From Amoeboaphelidium protococcarum X5 (Eukaryota > Fungi > Aphelidiomycota): DNA of 64,000 nucleotides. How positions within the stretch are numbered: the first letter of the stretch is position 1; every line of letters starts with the position of its first letter. The position numbers were made by a program, and so were the translations under genes. Under the pieces are notes generated by a model that was not told where the DNA came from, made no database searches, and was given only the letters and a program-made list of their open reading frames with translations. The DNA is taken from NCBI GenBank assembly GCA_023515725.1, contig JALDTO010000266.1, positions 1,633,608 to 1,697,607 of the forward strand, in the 5' to 3' direction. Shown in pieces: positions 61,023-64,000 of the stretch.

Positions 61023-64000
61023 ATGTTTAGTATCTACTTTTCAGTGCTGGTGACTTTACATTTTGGAGTGCTTTTGGTTACATCGATTGGTGTCAATATA
61101 TCCTCTGGTGCGATACTATGCCCACAGAACCAAGTATTTTATCCGTCATCTTTTTTATGCGCCGATTGTCCATCTAATTAAGTCATAAAGAATGGAAAGT
61201 GTTTATGTGAATCTGGGTATATTCCATCTGGTACTTCATCTCAATGTTTGAAATGTCCTTCTGGATAAACGAATTCTAACGATTTCAAGTTTTGCCTGTA
61301 ATGTCCCACACCGTCGTGTTAGTGTCCAGCTGGCTAGGTGCTTGTGGACCGGAATGCTGCTGGAATACCCTTAGCTGTTGCCTAATGTATATCATGTCCA
61401 ACTTCATATTATTCCGGTAGTAACTCATCTTGCACCTACTGTGGTGATGATAACGCTGCCTACTCAAATATTACATGGACCTGTTAATGCAGTCCGCCAT
61501 TCTATTAGACAGTGCAAAATGGTACATGTATACCGCAAGCTTTCTTTGACTAAATATCAACAAGGTTTGACGTATCCACAATGAATGCGGTCACTTTCAG
61601 TATCTATGATGGAGTTAAACAATCTAAAATCAGTCATCCCTCTCAACTGATTAATAATCTATTGTTGAAAGTAATCTATGAGTGTCAGACTGAATTGAAT
61701 GTTGAATCATGTTAATCACTGGCCAATCTTTGTGCGCTGACTTTATATGATTCTTCATCGGTCCCTTGTTAATCATATACTGATATTACACGTCTCAGAT
61801 CGCCGTCGTAGCCGCTTTAATGGATATCTAGTGATCAGTTGTCTGTTGCAAATGCGGCGTCATTGCTAAGTTCTTCTACTGGTAGGAAGCTTTAAAGGAA
61901 TTCTTACCCACAGAGGCTGTAGTTTATTCTGTTAAAGTATGATGTGTTTGGAAATTATATTGGCAGTGAATTGCTCCGTTAGTAGTTGATGTTGGATCAA
62001 GTGAGCGATGCTACCGTTCAAGAGTAATATCTTATAGCTGGACGATCATTTATAACTCTCAGCATTATAGATCTTTCATCCGTCGTTTAGGAAGCAAAAG
62101 CATAAGAGTTTTACGATTTATTTTTGGTTGCTGATGACGGTAATCTATCATAGGTGGTGATTTAACTCGGCGATGATTAATTTGAGAATGATGAGAGTTT
62201 TGCCATTAATTAGTATCAAGCAGTAGACAAGACTAAGTTTAGTAGACGATTTTATCTACTTGATACCGTTAGTGGATTGGATTCACGCGATTAGCTGAAA
62301 TATGTCAGATATGCTCAAGATGTTTAACTGATTGTACCTATTGCCCAGGATAATAAGATCATCACGCCTATATTGAAGATCAGCTATGGAACGAGACTTG
62401 TGTCATAATTATAAAGGAATGATAGCACTTAAATTTCCAAGCCATCTGCACGATTCTGGGTAGTTTATTGCTCTGCAACATCTTATTTTTGGTATCAGAT
62501 TGGTATAGCAGTGATTGTTATTTCAATATTGCTCTTCTTCTACTGGTCTCGTGCTATATAGATTTGGAATAGAAAGAATTCTCTTGGTTCTGAAGGATCG
62601 TCTCTATATGTGATATTCGGCTGGATTGCCATTGGATGTTAGTATCTTGGCTGTATTCTGATCTTCTTTATGTCTGCGGTGACCTATTACTGGTATCTAG
62701 AATTCAAGGTGTACTAGCAGATAACTTCTACTGTCCCTTCTGATTCTTATAGCATATATACATTTTATACATCTCTGTACACTGGCTTGATCTGTATGAT
62801 TGTCGCGGTATTGTTTTAATTGCATCTGCAATTTAATAGTTCAATATTTTTGATGGATTGGGAAAAGTCACATCAATAAGTAGCTAAGTAATAATAAAAG
62901 CAGACTGCAGATGACAGATCTAAGTAAGGAGATACTGTAAGTATGTGGAGACGAGTGGCTATAGCAAGAGAGCTTGTGCGATTAGTCGGAACGCGCAAAA
63001 CCTCATTGGTATTGACACTTGTGATATTAATTGCATTCGATCAAGGTGCTAAGTGGGGAGATAAAGCTTGTCTTATGCCATCCACTGATGCGTGCAAGTA
63101 CTCTCCGTTCAGTCCGATATTAATGTTTGCTATCGTCAGCTTTATTTGGCTCATGATTGAAGTGTGTCAATTGTTCATTAAATGTGCTGTTGTGGATCGA
63201 TTAACACCTGATCCTTTACTGAACCTGATGGATACAAGTTCTCTGGCCAATATTAGCATTTTTATAATGAACTGTCCATATCATGGGTACTATCTGCATG
63301 GAAAATCTGTGCATTAATTGGCAGACGTTGACTTTCAGTAGTTTAAGGATTATCTGCTTAAAGAATAGAATGCCGTGATGGATCGCAGAGGATTGGGCAA
63401 CACAGATTATCAGTAGTTTGAAGTATTTATCAACGGTGCTTTCTAGCAGACATATTTCTAACTGCTGAATGCCCTATAAATGAACAGAGGCGACGTTTAT
63501 CAGAATCGTTCAGCTGCCGCGAGAGGTCAACTGTTAGAGGAAAGTAAGACTATTTCATCCGTTGATGAGTCGCAACCATTAGCTGAGCGTTAAGCTGACG
63601 CGTCAACACTCAAGAAAGCAGATCCTTATCAGAGCATTAATAAGTTGTTGTGTAACTTTGTACAGAATAAGATTAAAGGTGTGAGTAGAGTATTGGTTAA
63701 GAGAACGCTGTGGAATCGCCTACTAGGAACTATTCCATTATTTGGTCAAGACAATGCTTTCATAGCCGTGGACGATGAAGGTATAAAATATGCATCAACA
63801 TTTATAAGAGGAATGGAGTTTTTATTGAACGTTCTCTACTTTTACATTTACATCTCACTCTATCTGGCCACGAGTAGTATTTACACAAATGGTGAAGTCT
63901 GGCTGCCTGTGCTTATAGTGTTCTTGGTGGACTAAGCAATAGTATCCATACGGAGATACGCCATGAGAAAGTCATTGTCCATTCACAGCCTTATAGATGA
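61023..64000 (+). CDS. TMEM67: Meckelin (TMEM67/MKS3), ciliary transition-zone protein; runs off the window end
   Basis: Signal peptide, Cys-rich ectodomain, CQSLANLCALTLYD, IFLMDWEK, VSMWRR..A.E, SLANISIFI..HGYYLHGKSVH..AD, RRGL. Confidence 0.92.

Noticed and set aside
1-64000. Reading the many in-frame TAA/TAG codons as mass pseudogenisation, and the short ORFs of the supplied track as genes
   Set aside because: The stops fall at Gln positions in otherwise intact conserved genes. Most track ORFs are fragments or antisense shadows of TAR=Q genes.

Overview
This is gene-dense eukaryotic nuclear DNA with short GT-AG introns. It uses a non-standard code in which TAA and TAG encode Gln and TGA is the only stop, so the supplied standard-code ORF track fragments almost every gene. 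Fungal-type genes (Pmt4, Nth1, Gga, Dml1) occur together with a ciliary gene (meckelin), a sestrin and a CIB protein. With the TAR=Gln code this points to an early-diverging fungal relative, most likely the aphelid Amoeboaphelidium protococcarum (inference). Re-reading with TAR=Gln gives about 25 intact genes, including ASF1, an aquaporin, uL13m, PI-PLC, aminopeptidase P, RabGGT-beta, an LRR protein, CIB, sestrin, a RhoGEF, an NDUFAF7-like methyltransferase, DPH4, Misato, trehalase, MutL, a GGQ factor, MCCC2, GGA, a SAPS-like protein, PMT4 and TMEM67. There are also several pseudogenes, a Tc1 transposon with TIRs and TA TSD, and a hAT-type MITE with an 8-bp TSD. The most striking region is a ~3 kb island (about 29190-32200) between Misato and trehalase. 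It holds an rve integrase, a trypsin-like protease and two orphan genes, packed like a viral genome and apparently written in the STANDARD code. It looks like an endogenised Polinton/PLV-like element inside a recoded host. All translations and coordinates were done by eye; no database searches were run.
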